Shown: in pieces, positions 39,741 to 53,874 of the stretch
Position numbering within the stretch: position 1 is the first letter of the stretch
Layout: each line of letters starts with the position of its first letter
Assembly (NCBI GenBank): GCA_951406725.2
Contig: OX597821.1
Span: 12,648,001 to 12,712,000 of the forward strand
Source: Octopus vulgaris
Lineage: Eukaryota
Length of the DNA: 64,000 bases
Direction: 5' to 3'
Made by a program: the position numbers and the translations under genes
The notes under the pieces: generated by a model
The model's input: the letters and a program-made list of their open reading frames with translations, nothing else
Told to the model about the DNA's origin: nothing
Database searches by the model: none

Positions 39741-40595
39741 AACTTAGTCCGATTTCTATGTTAATGCAAATTTACATTTGCTGTTCCACTAAGCAAAAAC
39801 TGATTGTAGTAAGATCTGATATTTTAAAGTAATTAACGAGTTAACTTTAGAAACAAAGTATGTATATTGTCATATAATATTCTATGATCACTTTCACTAG
39901 CCATGCTTTTCGTCACTTATAGCAGTCACTTGGGGTGTGGAAAGTTTGCAATGAAGATTTTCAGGCATCTATTACGTTTGGTTTCGTAATTGGATACTTC
40001 GTACATTTTCCACACGTGACAACATCGAATCCTCAAAAATGAAATGCTTCAGGTTGCTTTTGTATACATATCATTTACATCTTAATTTATCATACTTGAA
40101 CTAAAATACTTTCATTTTCGTTTCTTCATTTAAATTGTACATAAACTCCTGAACAGAGTGAAAAGCCTGACATGGAAATACCATTACTTTCACATCTGTA
40201 TTAAAATCCAGTTAGAAAATGTGAGCTAGAAACATGCGATAGGGTGATTCTTTTACATTTTCTATTCGCAGTTTCTCATATCCCATACTTATTAGACACC
40301 TATACCGGTTCACCAGAGAAACCAGCTAATGCTGTTTGCTTAGAAGCCAAGTGAAGGACTTCCTTTCGTATAAGCGAGCAATATAGATTACCACGCCCAC
40401 CATAGCTGTAAACTTGCAGCCAACTCTGTCCTGCAGTGTATTGGGATTGAAAACGTGAGAATATATTCTACGTTTCATATATCATCCTTTAAATCGGTGT
40501 CTATAAATATATTTCTGTCTCATATATCATCCTTGGTACCGATATTCAGAACAATATCTTACAATATATCACACAGTTTTCTTCTTCTTACTATT

Positions 40596-40766
40596 GACGC
40601 AGGAGTGGCTGTGTGGTAAGTAGCTTCCTAACCAACCACATGGTTCCGGGTTCAGTCCCACTGCGTGGCATCTTGGGTAAGTGTCTTCTGCTATAGCCCC
40701 GGGCCGACCAATGCCTTGTGAGTGAATTTGGTAGACGGAAACTGAAAGAAGCCCGTCATATATATG

Positions 40767-40817
<51 letters not shown>

Positions 40818-41013
40818 TTGTCCCCTTAGCATTGCTTGACAACCGATGCTGGTGTGCTTACGTCCCCGTCACTTAGCGGTTCGGCAAAAGAGACCGATAG
40901 AATAAGTACTGGGCTTACAAAAAGAATAAGTCCCGGGGTCGATTTAGTCGACTAAAGGCGGAGCTCCAGCATGGCCGCAATCAAATGACTGAAACAAGTA
41001 AAAGAGTAAAGAG
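40596..41013 (+). mobile_element. SINE family A, full length
   Basis: GCAGGAGTGGCTGTGTGGTAAG head, GGTTCAGTCC B-box, (TG)n centre, (GTAAAAGA)n tail. Confidence 0.9.
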
Positions 41014-41260
41014 ATAAAACAATGATTTCGAAAGTGCTGTATATTCAGAAGCTATAATGTTTAAAATTATGATTGGGAAATACATGCATACATACACATA
41101 TGCATACATACGTACATATATACACTAATGCATACATGCATACAAACACACGCAGATATATATAAGCATACATATATGCATGCATACACACATATATACA
41201 TAAATACATACATGCGCACACTCATACATACACATATGCATACATACGTACATAAGAACA

Positions 41261-41588
41261 AGGCGCAGGAGTGGCTGTGTGGTAAGTAGCTTGTTTACCA
41301 ACCACATGGTTCTGCGTGGCCTCTTGGGCAAGTGTCTTCTGCTATAGCCCCGGGCCGACCAATGCCTTGTGAGTGGATTTGGTAGATGGAAACTGAAAGA
41401 AGTCCGTCGTATAGATTCAGGTGTGTTTATGTCCCCGTTACTTAGCGGTTCGGCAAAAGAGACCGATAGAATAAGTACTGGGCTTACAAAAGAATAAGTC
41501 CCGGGGTCGAGTTGCTCGATTAAAGGTGGTGCTCCAGCATGGCCGCAGTCAAATGACTGAAACAAGTAAAAGAGTAAAAAGAGTAAAG
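41261..41588 (+). mobile_element. SINE family A with internal deletions
   Basis: Near-identical to 40596-41013 but lacks the B-box segment and the central microsatellite. Confidence 0.9.
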
Positions 41589-41699
41589 ATTATATACAGA
41601 CATGAATACATACATAAATACACATACAAGCACACATATATACATAAATACATGCATACATACACATACATACATATTTACTTACTTAATTAAGTAATT

Positions 41700-42445
41700 A
41701 CTCCGCAAGTTGTGAAATTTGTGTTTTTGTGCTCAGGTCTACTCAGCCAATTTTTCATGGACAGGTAGTTTGAACAAGGAGCCAACGTGGAATTTTGCGT
41801 TAAACTTGGGAAGTCTGCTACAAAGACATTGAGAATGATTCAGCAAGAAGTAATGGGTTGTATGCAATAGTTTGAGAGGCACAGGTGCTTCAAAAGCGGG
41901 AAAAAAACATACCTAGAAGAGGATGAATGGTCTGGAAGAACTGTCACGAATACCAACACCAGACGTGTGGGGAAAATTCATGAGCATGTGCATGAGAATG
42001 TCGGACGTCAATCAAGAATGTTTGAAGCGTTTGAAAGAAGAAAATTCGCGACATCGATCGGTACTTTGGCGCGCGAAGTGCTGGTTTCTTCCCGATGACA
42101 ATGCATGCTGCCACCGAGCTTCTCGCCAAAAACAAGAGGGTATCGCTTCTGCACCAACCCTATTCAACAGATTTAATACCTGCGTACTTCCATCTCTTCC
42201 CCAAGCGGAAAAAGCAGTTCGAAGGTCACCTCTTTCGAGATCAAGAGTGAATCGCAGAAGAACCTCGAATGGCTTAGGTTAAACGATTTCGAGGCCAGAT
42301 TACAAAAGTGGCGGGAACGGTGGGACCAGTGAATTGCCACGGAATATGACTATTTCGAAGGAGATTATACTAAAACTTGGGTAAATAAGCTATTTTTATT
42401 TAACATTTTAACCATAACTATTCCGGGAATATTTTGATACCATCG
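41700..42445 (+). mobile_element. Mariner transposon remnant with internal deletions
   Basis: EQGANVEFCVKLGKSATKTLRMIQQ N-terminus; WFLPDDNACCHRA (second D); FEARLQKWRERWDQ*IATEYDYFEGD C-terminus; TIR-like GGAATATTTTGATACCATCGT. Confidence 0.8.
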
Positions 42446-42464
42446 TTCTCTTCTCTCTCTGCGC

Positions 42465-42538
<74 letters not shown>

Positions 42539-42817
42539 GTACGCATAAAGAGGTAGAGATATCCATACACGGATACACAAATACACACGCACGCACACAA
42601 ACACACTCACACAAACTAGAACACTCAATGTTGCTAGAAATTCTCTTCATCACCAGCAAGTGGCCATCCTCCCGAATGCACTTATCTTACTAAGCCATAC
42701 ATGGTTTTGAAAAAGAAAATACATGTAAAATCGCAATAAAGAAATAATGCGCAACTTTTTGATACTATCTCCTATTAATATGCTCGTTTAAACATACATA
42801 TGCGTATCTTTTACGCT

Positions 42818-42859
<42 letters not shown>

Positions 42860-43283
42860 TAACAGAAAAAGAGGAATTACAATGAGGTGAGTTGTGATAT
42901 ATATAATAAATAAAAAAGGAAAATACACCCACTTTACATAGTTCTAATATAATTTTTAATATATCATCCGGTTTCGCTTTCGCGTTTCATGATATTAAGG
43001 TTTCCTTATATGAATATGTATTTTCTTATGAAGAAAGTTTTGACCATGTTGTGTGTGATGATATTTACGAGTGAATGACATCACAAGTTGAAAAATAAGG
43101 GGATTTATTGGTTATTGTTATTACTGTTATTGTTGTGGGCAAAGAAGTTAACTGTTCAGCTTTCGGTAAGGGGAGGGAAAAAATATATATATATATAATA
43201 ATAAATATTAGGGAATAAATCTAAATTTACAGGGAAAAATCAGATTTAGGATTGAATCCAATTTTATAGTAAAATATTATATT

Positions 43284-43509
43284 ATATTATATTAATTAGA
43301 GACAAAACCACTATTATGCAAATCAAACAAAGAAAGACTTAAGCCAATACATAAAAAATTTTTATATAAATTAAATATAATTAAAATAATTTTACACGAA
43401 ACGATCGTAGTGGTTATTTTAATTATATTTAATTTATATAAAAAATTTTATGTATTGGCTTAAGTCTTTCTTTGTTTGATTTGCATAATAGTGGTTTTGT
43501 CTCTAATTA

Positions 43510-43520
<11 letters not shown>
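43284..43520. repeat. ~105-bp-arm inverted repeat with half a hammerhead in the spacer
   Basis: 43284-43389 is the near-perfect reverse complement of 43414-43520. The spacer contains CGAAAC-GATC-GTA (43397-43409). Confidence 0.9.
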
Positions 43521-43554
<34 letters not shown>

Positions 43555-43619
43555 GAAAAAGTTTCAAAAACTTGTTTATTGAGGGGATTTATGTACAGTG
43601 AGGAAATATGTAAAAAGTT

Positions 43620-43797
43620 AAGCGTTGGTTATGCGTGCATATTAAGACGTGTTCAGTATTTTTCGATGTAAAAAGTTTCTTTATTTGAACGTTTTTGTGG
43701 AGAGATTGAGTCTTTGTACTGGTAGAAGGGGAAGACTATGAAATTTGGTTTGATGTATTTGCACATTTTTCTATATGTAAAGTGTGTGTATTTTCCA
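43620..43797 (-). pseudogene. PLE GIY-YIG endonuclease C-terminal fragment
   Basis: The minus strand reads HIEKCA/KYIKPNFIVFPFYQYKDSISPQKRSNKETFYIEKY*TRLN, matching the R..KE..FI......LN end of PLE GIY-YIG domains. It lies between (TA)n tracts. Confidence 0.6.
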
Positions 43798-43801
43798 TTT
43801 C

Positions 43802-43931
<130 letters not shown>

Positions 43932-44834
43932 CGTTTGTATGTACAGTGTGTGTATATATAAATGTATGTATGTATGTATGTGTTTAGGTGTATGTCTATG
44001 ATTTTGCAAATGCGATTACGTACAATTTTAGGTCTGTAGCTGTGCAGCTTTCACTATCCTCGAACTTAAAAATTTGAAGTTGGAATATAATATTGATCTA
44101 TTCAGACATGATTTTTGAACTCGTCGCCCTGAGGTCGGCTCGTTTCCCCAACATTCTAATCTCATAAACAATTTGATTGACATTTATTGCATCCATTAAA
44201 CTTTAGACGATGCAGACAGATCTATAGCTTATCTATTGAACGATCTCATTATTTCAATGTCTAATAAATGAGGTTACACTCAATACGGGTTTGACCTACG
44301 TTGGTATTAGATTCTATTACGTTTTGACAGTAGTTTTAAAATAGTTGATGTTTACAAATACCTAGGAGGTTTAAGGAAGCAAATTTTTGCATCACGAGAC
44401 TAAGTTGTGTGCTTTTAATTCTTGTAAATATTGACACTTATTTTTCTAAGCCGTCAATAGATCTATCGCTGTTTCATTTTTAAGCGAAGACAGTGAAAAT
44501 TTTACTGGGTCTTCGACCCTTTTACGAGTAAAGGAGCACAGATCATCAAACCAAAGATCTGCCTGGTATACTTGCAACAAATTGGGCTCCCATGAAGTCA
44601 ATTAATATGTCTCATGGAGTTGAAATGAGAGAAGGATTAAGTCTGCCATACATAACTGGGATACTATTTACTATAAAGTAGCATGGCGATAATGTATAAA
44701 TATTCTATATTCTAGTTATGTAAAATAAATTTCTTTACGATGCTTTTAACATCATAAAGAAAAAGGACACCATGTGGAGGTGGGTAAAACGTGTACCGTA
44801 AATACAATACTATTCATTGATAAAATATTGCTTT

Positions 44835-45385
44835 CAAATTTTAACACAAGCCCAGCAATTTGGAGATGTAGAGTAAGGATGAAAGGCAAAGTCGAATTCA
44901 GCGGAATGTGAATTGAGAACGAAGTGACGGACGAAATGCCGCTTATTAACTTGTACAGCGTGCTAACGGTTTTGCCGTTATTGGTTTCAAATTTCAGCAC
45001 AAGACCAGCAATTTGAGACGAGTGTAGAAGTCGAGTAAAGATGTCAGAGAAAGTCGAATTCAGCGCGATTTGACTTCAGAACGAAGTGACGGACAAAATG
45101 GCGATTATTACTTTGTACAGTGCGCTAACGGTTTTGCCGGCATGCCGCCTTTTTATACATTGATAATATATTGGTTTCAAATTTCAGCAGAAGGCCAGCA
45201 TTTTCATTGGAGATACTCTGTCGATTACATCGATCCCAGCGATCAACTGGTACTTATTTTATCAACCCCGAAATGATGAAAGGCAAAGTGAAACTCGGAA
45301 GAATTTGTACTCAAAGACGGACGAAATCCCACAATGCAAAGACGGGCTAAATACCATTAAGCATTTTGTCCGGCGTCCTAAATAT
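44835..45385 (-). mobile_element. Three co-oriented degenerate family B SINE copies
   Basis: The module (AAAGGC)AAAGTCGAATTCAGC..GACGGAC..GCTAACGGTTTTGCC repeats at ~44880 and ~45050, with a more diverged third copy at ~45280. Confidence 0.75.
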
Positions 45386-45957
45386 CTTATTTACTCATCG
45401 TATTCATTAATAATATATTGATAATATTCTGTGCACATAGGAGAAACAATTCAGAGCGCGTTTCTTCGCCTCATCAGCGAAGCCTAACCTTCGCGGTACT
45501 TACTGACATGCTGACGTATGCACCATCAAATAGGAGAAAATATTTATAAATTTGTTAGATTTAAGTTTTTCATGATGCCTGTTCAGATTATACAAGATGG
45601 CCTATTCTGTAAAGAGGAAAATTAAAACACCTCAAATAGTTCTGCATTGATTTCAGTATCAGTTGCTTACATTCGTATTGAGATGCCTTAATGAATACCG
45701 TATATTTTAGTAGTTAGATATTTACTAGTTAAATATATAAATTATTCTGCTGTTATATAGTTGTGACCTTTACTTTAGCAATGTAGAGGAGTGGAAAGTA
45801 ATTATTTTTAAGTGAATTGCTGGTTAAATCATGTTGATGTAAACACGATGTAGTCGATAATTTCTGCTGGTGACTGCCGCACTAAAAGTGCTAGATTTTA
45901 TGCATGTTAGAAAGTACGAATAAATATTATGATGTTCCATTATTACAAATAAATAGA

Positions 45958-46160
45958 TTGCGAGCTGGTGGAATGTCCAGCACACCGGGAAGAAGATTTT
46001 GCGGCATTTCTTCTGGGTTCAAATAGCGCTAGCGTCGATTTAGCCTTTCATCCTTTTGAGGACGATAAACTATGCACCAGTCATGTGTGGGGTCGATGTA
46101 ATCGACTAACCCCCTTCCCACGAAATTCATGTCTTGTGTCTTTAGTTGAAAGGATTATTA
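45958..46160 (+). mobile_element. SINE family B, degenerate
   Basis: GCGAGCTGG head, GGGTTCAAAT, GCCTTTCATCCTTT core. Confidence 0.75.
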
Positions 46161-46623
46161 CAAATAGGACCAACATTCTTTAGGTGAAGAAATTTGATGA
46201 TGTGACAAGGAAATATGATGTGATGAAGCTGTTAGATTTTTAATATATTGACTGCAGATAAAATGTGTAGTCAAGAGCAGGTAATAACCAGGGTTATGCA
46301 AAAATGTATAATTTGTTTCTCGCGAGCAGAAATATTCTCTTCAGATTAGGAACAGGATCAGATTTTTTTAAGGGATCGGTCGTGGGTTTCAAGAGCAAAG
46401 TTGACTGCGTCGTTATTTGAAATTTCAACGTAACAACCGAAAGAAATAGCACAACGAATACTCGCCGATAATTTAACTACTCTTCTTGTGGAAAAAAAAT
46501 TATAAAAGGAAAGATGTAGAATAAGAATTTGCACTTTGGGACTTCGATATTTTTACATTTCTTGATTTCATTCTATCTCTTACTACATTGCCCAGACATA
46601 AATAATTCAAATAATAAAGCTCT

Positions 46624-48180
46624 ATAAACTGTGAATCACACTTTATTACAGGTCAACTTTTTGGTGATATTTTGAGTATTAAGCATTGTACAACCATGAA
46701 ACTTGCTCCATAGAAAGATCCTATGTAGGTACGTACATGGTGAACATTTCAATTATATTGATAAGCTACAAAGTTGTGTTCAGTTATGTAATTTGAGGTG
46801 CTATCAACTGTGTCATGCTTTATTGCAGTGTATGAGAATGTCAATTTAAGGTAATGAAACAAGGTATTTTCGTTATATTACCATTTTATTGCAATAATGA
46901 CACACGCTACCTAAGAATAGCAGCAACAGATATAAAACAAAATTATATTGTTGGTGTTGTACTTTATTTTTCTACGTAATTTCCTTGTTTAGAAATTATA
47001 TCAAACAGTCTTTTGTACAAAGAAGCTTTTAGCCGACTAATCTGAGAAGATGTTATGATACTAGCAGCCTTTTTTTATCTTTACCAACAGAGCATTCTTC
47101 GATGAAAACTGGATACCTCCTTTATAGACTTTCCTCTTCAAGATCGACCAGAATTGTTCGATAGGGTTTCGGTCAGGAGAACAGGGAGGCCAAGTCATGA
47201 GTGATTGGCCTGTGACTTCAGAAGCATCGAGGTACGAAATTGTAGCCTTGGCTGAATGCGAAGGACACTGTCATGCATAAAAATCAATCGCCGTCGACCT
47301 GAGAGTGACAGATCATCTAACCATGCTGCAAAATCCTCCTCCAGAAAGGCGGGGTTGCTGGTGAGTTTGACACCGTCTGGCACTCGGAAAGGCCCCTCAA
47401 GTTAATTTCCTATAATTCACGCCCAAAACATGTCAGGACCACCTCCTTGGTGACGCCGAATGCGATGCGGATGAGAGGCTTCAAAAGATACCCAAATATG
47501 ACCCATCCCTCGGGGCCATACAGAGTAGGTCTGGCCTCATCCATGGCAGGACATCCTGGAAATTGATCTTCATGCAATTATGTGTCCAATCAATGGGCTT
47601 CTCTGTGGTTCTTGCTTAGGATGGGTTTAGCGATGCACTTAGCACTTCTGGCCATCTCTGAAAGGATCCTACACCGGGTGCTTCTTGAGAAAGGAGCAAC
47701 CCCAGCACTTTGAAGTATGGCAGCATTTGTATTTCAGTGGTCTTTTCTTTCTTGACTACAGATTTTTCGGATGTCATGCTGAAATACACTTCTCGTACCT
47801 TTATCTTGTTCTGGTTTGGTGATGGAGTTTTCCACATACATCATCAATGTTCTTGTATCCCGACCAAGCTCTTTGGCTAATTCTCCTACAGATAAGCCTT
47901 CTGTGAGACCTGCAGCAATCTGCGTCTCCTCTATAGCAGTCAGACGCCGTTTCAGAGACATTTTCGTATATCTGCAATAAAGCCTGACACAGTTGAAAGC
48001 ACTTCAAAATACATAAATTAACATGGCTTTGAATGTAGCCTATCAATACGATTGAAATGTTCTCTACATACGTACTTACCTAGTATCTTTCGGTGGACCG
48101 AGTTTCACGTTTGTATAATGTGTAATATTCAAAATATCAACAAAAATGTGACCTACCATAAAGCGTGATTAACATTTTAT
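46624..48180 (-). mobile_element. Tc1-like transposon fossil with ~220-bp imperfect TIRs
   Basis: HTH start MSLKRRLTAIEETQIAAGL..ELAKELGRDTRT (47961); RRHQGGG..FWA; GPFRVPDGVKLTS; LIFMHD; WPPCSPDRNPIEQFWSILKRKVY. 46624-46842 is an inverted copy of 47958-48180. Confidence 0.85.
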
Positions 48181-50738
48181 TTATTCAAACAGCTGCCGTA
48201 TTTTACAGCAAACTCGACTTAACTGAAATGATATTAAATCAATTTCTTCCATTGATAATAACAATTAAATCTTTTTGTATATATTGTTAATAATACGACT
48301 ACTAATGGAAATTTTCGTATAAATATAAACCTATAAACAATAATCTAAGCCTAAAATAATAACTCACGATGTATACAGTACAATCTTTCATCACTATCGC
48401 AGTCTAATGATTTTTGTATATTTTGGTGATAGTAATTTCACTACAAAAGAAATATAGATAAGAACATAAGCTTGAAATAGCTACTCACAAATTATATAGT
48501 ACAAATGAAATAATTTATGAACGTATCAATATCAACATTAGATTTATCATTAACTTAAATAGTGAGGTCGTCATTTGAAATAAAAAATATTATTAAGTTA
48601 TTAATGAAAAAAGAGCAAATTACTGAAATTGATAAATCATTAAACACATAAAAATTAAATTATCTACGGTACCAATGTAATAAGTTAATTATTAATAAAA
48701 TACATCAGTTTCTAATCAAACATAACCATGTTCAACATTAAGTTTGGTATAAAAATCACGAGTGAAATTTTTAATAATCGATAGGTTGAAAATACTGGCA
48801 AGAGAATTTCAGCATATCAATGGACCTCTTAATAATCATCTAAGACAGCCAGGCGATATCAATGATTTAATGAATAAGCTATCTTAGAGCTATTATTAAG
48901 ATGTCTAAAATAAGATAATTTATCCCTCTATAAACCCTAATATTAATACTTTCAAATTTTGGCACAAGGCCGACCTAAAAATTAATATATCATGCAGTCT
49001 GCTCTGCTCATCACATATGCCTGTCAATCATGGGCTAGAGTAATATTGATTATGTTAATCAACCTCGAAGCCACATCACAAAGCTGCAAGGATAATGAAA
49101 AGCCATCATGCATTTCGTCGTACAATGTACCCCGGATACAGTGCACAAAGAAATTCAATTTGTCAGATTAAATTACATTTAAAATTTCAAAATATGAGTG
49201 CTAACTTGTAAATCTCTCAACTGCGTCGATGAATAATTTTAAATTAATCCAAGATGGATTTATTTCACATATCACGGCAACCTGCATATTATTAAACACA
49301 GACTTTCTTTCTCTATCTCTCTCTCTCTCCCTCTCTCACTCACTCACTCTCTCACTTGCTCTCTCTTTCTCTGTATCGATCTGCTGTAATTCAATTTGAG
49401 CATCAAATTCTTCGACTTCTACAAACTGAGAGATGCCATGGAAAAGCTATGGATTCCACTCCATCCTCTTTAATAAAAATACTATAACTAGCCTTGTCAG
49501 CATCGAATATCACACACTAATCTTGTGGAAAGCCTGGTATTAGAAAGTTACATCATCCAAATGAAGAATAAAGAAATAATCAGTTCCTTAAGTGGCGCAT
49601 GACTTCAAATGTGATGGAATTTGTAATAACCGATTCAATTAGCTTCAATGCTCAAGTCGCGAATATTATCTCGATTCTAAAAAAGATGAAATCCACAGAT
49701 ATCACAGTGGAATTTTAATTCAGAGTGCAACCGTACGCAATTAAGAAAAAATTACATTTAACTTATTAAACAAGATGAGCATCTTCCAATTATTTTATGT
49801 AAAGAACTCTTCGTGGGTCGGTTAGTAACGATATTCACATTTGCTTGAGAATTTGTACCTGCATGTATAAATAGTTTGAGCTGTTACTTGTAGAATATAT
49901 TACTATCTATAACTGTAACACAAACCAGTTAGCAATCCTCACAAATTTCTAGGATATTGTCTTGATATTATATGATTTGTATCAAATTTTCAATGGAATA
50001 TACTATTGAAACTAATGCTAGCGAAACAAGAGAAAGAAGTATACGATTATATTAATTCGTGTCTTTGTTAAGATCGAATTTGTAAGAGATCCATTACATA
50101 TTTATATTATATCATTATTACCTTCAGAAATAACTGAACGTCACAGCTTCCATATCCCTCTACTGCCATGTGAAGTACGTTTCTGTTTAGGCGAATATGT
50201 GTATATTTGAATACTAGTCTTTGTGTGAAATAGTTCGTAACAAACCATTTTATTTCACTTGCGATGTTTATTAGCTAAAAATGGAACACTTGAACTTCCG
50301 CTCGCATCTAAACAATTTTGCACAAATGCAGTAATATCAGCATAAGCACATTCGATTGCTAGCCTGAAATACATGCCGAATAAACCGTTGTTCAATAGAA
50401 CTGACTTATGTCAAGAAAGATATCAATATGCCGAAATTCAATGTAAAACATATTTAATGCTGGAGTTGATATGTAAGAAAATTGCTTCGTTCATACTGTG
50501 CACCAGTAACAATAATCATTTCTTGCCTTCCACAATAGCCAACAATTCAGTAATTCTAGTTAATATGAAGCATGCAACTCAAAGATATGATTTTCCAACA
50601 ATTTTCTTATTCTGAGTTCATGTATATGTTCCTATACTATACACTTGACTGGTTTCACATTAAATTTTCATGTATGGGAGTGAATTCAAATAGAAAATAA
50701 TAATAATGATAATAATAAGAATAGTAATAATAATAATG

Positions 50739-51061
<323 letters not shown>

Positions 51062-51073
51062 TAATAATAATAA

Positions 51074-51808
51074 TGTATGTCAACAACAAAATGAAACCAT
51101 TGATCATGTTGTCTCCAAGTGCAGTCTTCTTGCGCCTGCAGAGTATCTCAACAAATATATTCATTGGGTAATCTGCAAAAATCTGGATTTGCCGCGTGAT
51201 AAAAACTAGTGGGAACACAAACCACATTCAGTGCTTGAAAATGACCACATCTCACTCCTCTGGAACTTCACCATTCAAATTGACAGAAAGATAGATGCAA
51301 ATAGGCCAGACATCATATTGAAAGACTTCAAACAAAGAACATGCCTCCTCATTGATATGACTGTCCCAATCGATATAAACGTATCTGTCAAGACCTACCA
51401 AAAACTGAGCAAATATAAAGATCTTGAAATAGAAATCAGCAAAATGTGGAACCTGAAAACTAAAACAATACCTGTTGTCATAGGTGCCCTGGGAATGATA
51501 GCAAAAAGGGCTGATCGCTACCTAACTCAGATACCAGGAAACCCCAAAATGGCAGAAATTCAAGAGATAGTACTCATGGGAACTGCTCATATCATACGCA
51601 AAATACTTTGTATGTAATCTCAAGTTTTAAAACAAACATAATTTTCCTTTTTTTTGTAGACATTCACTAGTACAACACTAAATACAAAACCAAATATACG
51701 CCACACTAGGCATAACAACAGCACGAACTTCCAGCCTGTTATCTCTTGAGGTCTCTGGGTAAGACTTGTAGCCAACTTGTACAAATATAAAGCAAAAGTC
51801 AAATATAG
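51074..51808 (+). mobile_element. 5'-truncated R4/Dong-like element: CCHC, RLE endonuclease and 3'UTR
   Basis: VCQQQNETIDHVVSKC; ORF 51231..51617 reads LLWNFTIQIDRKIDANRPDIILKD..LIDMTVP..KLSKYKDLEIEISKMW..IPVVIGALG..GTAHIIRKIL. (TAA)n lies on both sides. Confidence 0.9.
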
Positions 51809-51820
51809 AATAATAATAAT

Positions 51821-51865
<45 letters not shown>

Positions 51866-51866
51866 C

Positions 51867-51903
<37 letters not shown>

Positions 51904-51947
51904 TGATGATAATGATACTAATAATAATAATAGTAGTAATAATAATC

Positions 51948-51993
<46 letters not shown>

Positions 51994-52052
51994 TGATAAC
52001 AATAATACTAATAATAATAATAATGATGATAACAATAATACTAATAATAATA

Positions 52053-52136
<84 letters not shown>

Positions 52137-52278
52137 GCTACCTGATAGCTACCTAACTCAGATACCAGGAAACCCAAAAATGGCAGAAGTTCAAAAGATA
52201 GTGCTCATGGGAACTGCTCATATCCTACGCAAAATACTCTCTATGTAATCTCAAGGTTTAAAACAAACATAATTTTCG

Positions 52279-52314
<36 letters not shown>

Positions 52315-52477
52315 TTTTTTTTTTTTAGACATTCATTAGTACAACATCCCCACCCCCCAAATATATGGCACACTAGGCATAACAACAACATGAACTTCCA
52401 ACCCTGTTGTCTCTTGAGGTCTCTGGGTGAGACTTGGAGCCAACTTGTACAAATATAAAGCAAAAGTCAAACATAGA
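52137..52477 (+). mobile_element. Shorter 5'-truncated copy of the same R4/Dong-like element
   Basis: Matches 51517-51808, with the same 3' end AAAAGTCAAA(C/T)ATAG followed by (AAT)n. Confidence 0.9.
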
Positions 52478-52498
52478 ATAATAATAATAATAATAATA

Positions 52499-53055
52499 AA
52501 TGCCCTAATGCAGTACCAGGCAGTGGCTCTCATGGCTTCTGATCTTAACTGATTGGAAGTGTTATCATGTACATTGTTTTGTCTTGGTATAAAAGATGGG
52601 CTACAGCAAATATTCTGCTCAATACCACAGATTTGCTTGTCAGTTGTTTGACCGTAACCAGTTGAGCATGTCCCTTAGTGGCTGACGATATGTGCATCTC
52701 TGATCACGAGCATAAGTAGTGGGGGAGCATCATAGCCATGTGTTGAGAAGGATTCTTTGGGGTTTGAATAATTCACCTCTGGAAACATGGGTGTTTCGTT
52801 CAACGTCCTTAAACAACCCTTATTCAGGGATCTTTTGAGCGGGATGGGTTACTCGATCTGAAGAAAATTCTAACTGGGCTCCACCTGCAAGGTCATGTGC
52901 TGTTTATCTTGATATGAGATCACCATGTCGCGCACATATGGTTGTGATGCATGTGCCTGGTGTACCTTTATCAGACGGGTAGTCATGATGGGTATATTGG
53001 GCTTCGTATATTTTACCCCAGTGTCACTTTGATGGCATGCACTGCCCTCTCATTC
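52499..53055 (+). mobile_element. ~555-bp non-coding (TAA)n-associated element, full copy 1
   Basis: Near-identical to 53244-53800 and bounded by (TAA)n. Confidence 0.85.
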
Positions 53056-53120
<65 letters not shown>

Positions 53121-53185
53121 TGATAACAATAATACTAATAATAATAATAATGATGATAACAATAATACTAATAATAATAATAGTA

Positions 53186-53243
<58 letters not shown>

Positions 53244-53245
<2 letters not shown>

Positions 53246-53800
53246 TGCCCTGATGCAGTACCAGGCAGTGGCTCTCATGGCTTCTGATCTTAACTGATTG
53301 GAAGTGTTATCATGTACATTGTTTTGTCTTGGTATAAAAGATGGGCTACAGCAAATATTCTGCTCAATACCACAGATTTGCTTGTCAGTTGTTTGACCGT
53401 AACCAGTTGAGCATGTCCCTTAGTGGCTGACGATATGTGCATTTCTGATCACGAGCAGAAGTAGTGGGGGAGCATCATAGCCATGTGTTGAGAAGGATTC
53501 TTTGGGGTTTGAATGATTCACCTCTGGAAACATGGGTGTTTCGTTCAACGTCCTTAAACAACCCTTATTCAGGGATCTTTTGAGCGGGATGGGTTACTCG
53601 ATCTGAAGAAAATTCTAACTGGGCTCCACCTGCAAGGTCATGTGCTGTTTATCTTGATATGAGATCACCATGTCGCGCACATATGGTTGTGATGCATGTG
53701 CCTGGTGTACCTTTATCAGACGGGTAGTCATGATGGGTATATTGGGCTTCGTATATTTTACCCCAGTGTCACTTTGATGGCGTGCTCTGCTCGCTCACTC
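53244..53800 (+). mobile_element. ~555-bp non-coding (TAA)n-associated element, full copy 2
   Basis: Same start (AATGCCCT) and end (CTCA(C/T)TC) as copy 1, 745 bp downstream. Confidence 0.85.
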
Positions 53801-53816
53801 AATCATAATAATAATC

Positions 53817-53874
<58 letters not shown>

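Noticed and set aside
42964-42995. GCGAAAGC-GAAACCGG hammerhead-like stem II/III on the minus strand
   Set aside because: The CUGANGA box is missing (ATCATGA) and the cleavage triplet is absent. It may be a relic but cannot be supported.
45450-45485. Hammerhead-like CTGATGA-GGCGAA-GAAACGCGCTC on the minus strand
   Set aside because: Stem II cannot pair and stem I is unconvincing, so it could be chance or too decayed to call.
52499-52570. HDV-like or hammerhead ribozyme at the 5' end of the 555-bp element
   Set aside because: Hairpins are visible, but I could not fit the HDV double pseudoknot, and CTGATGC lacks the HHR core and GAAA.
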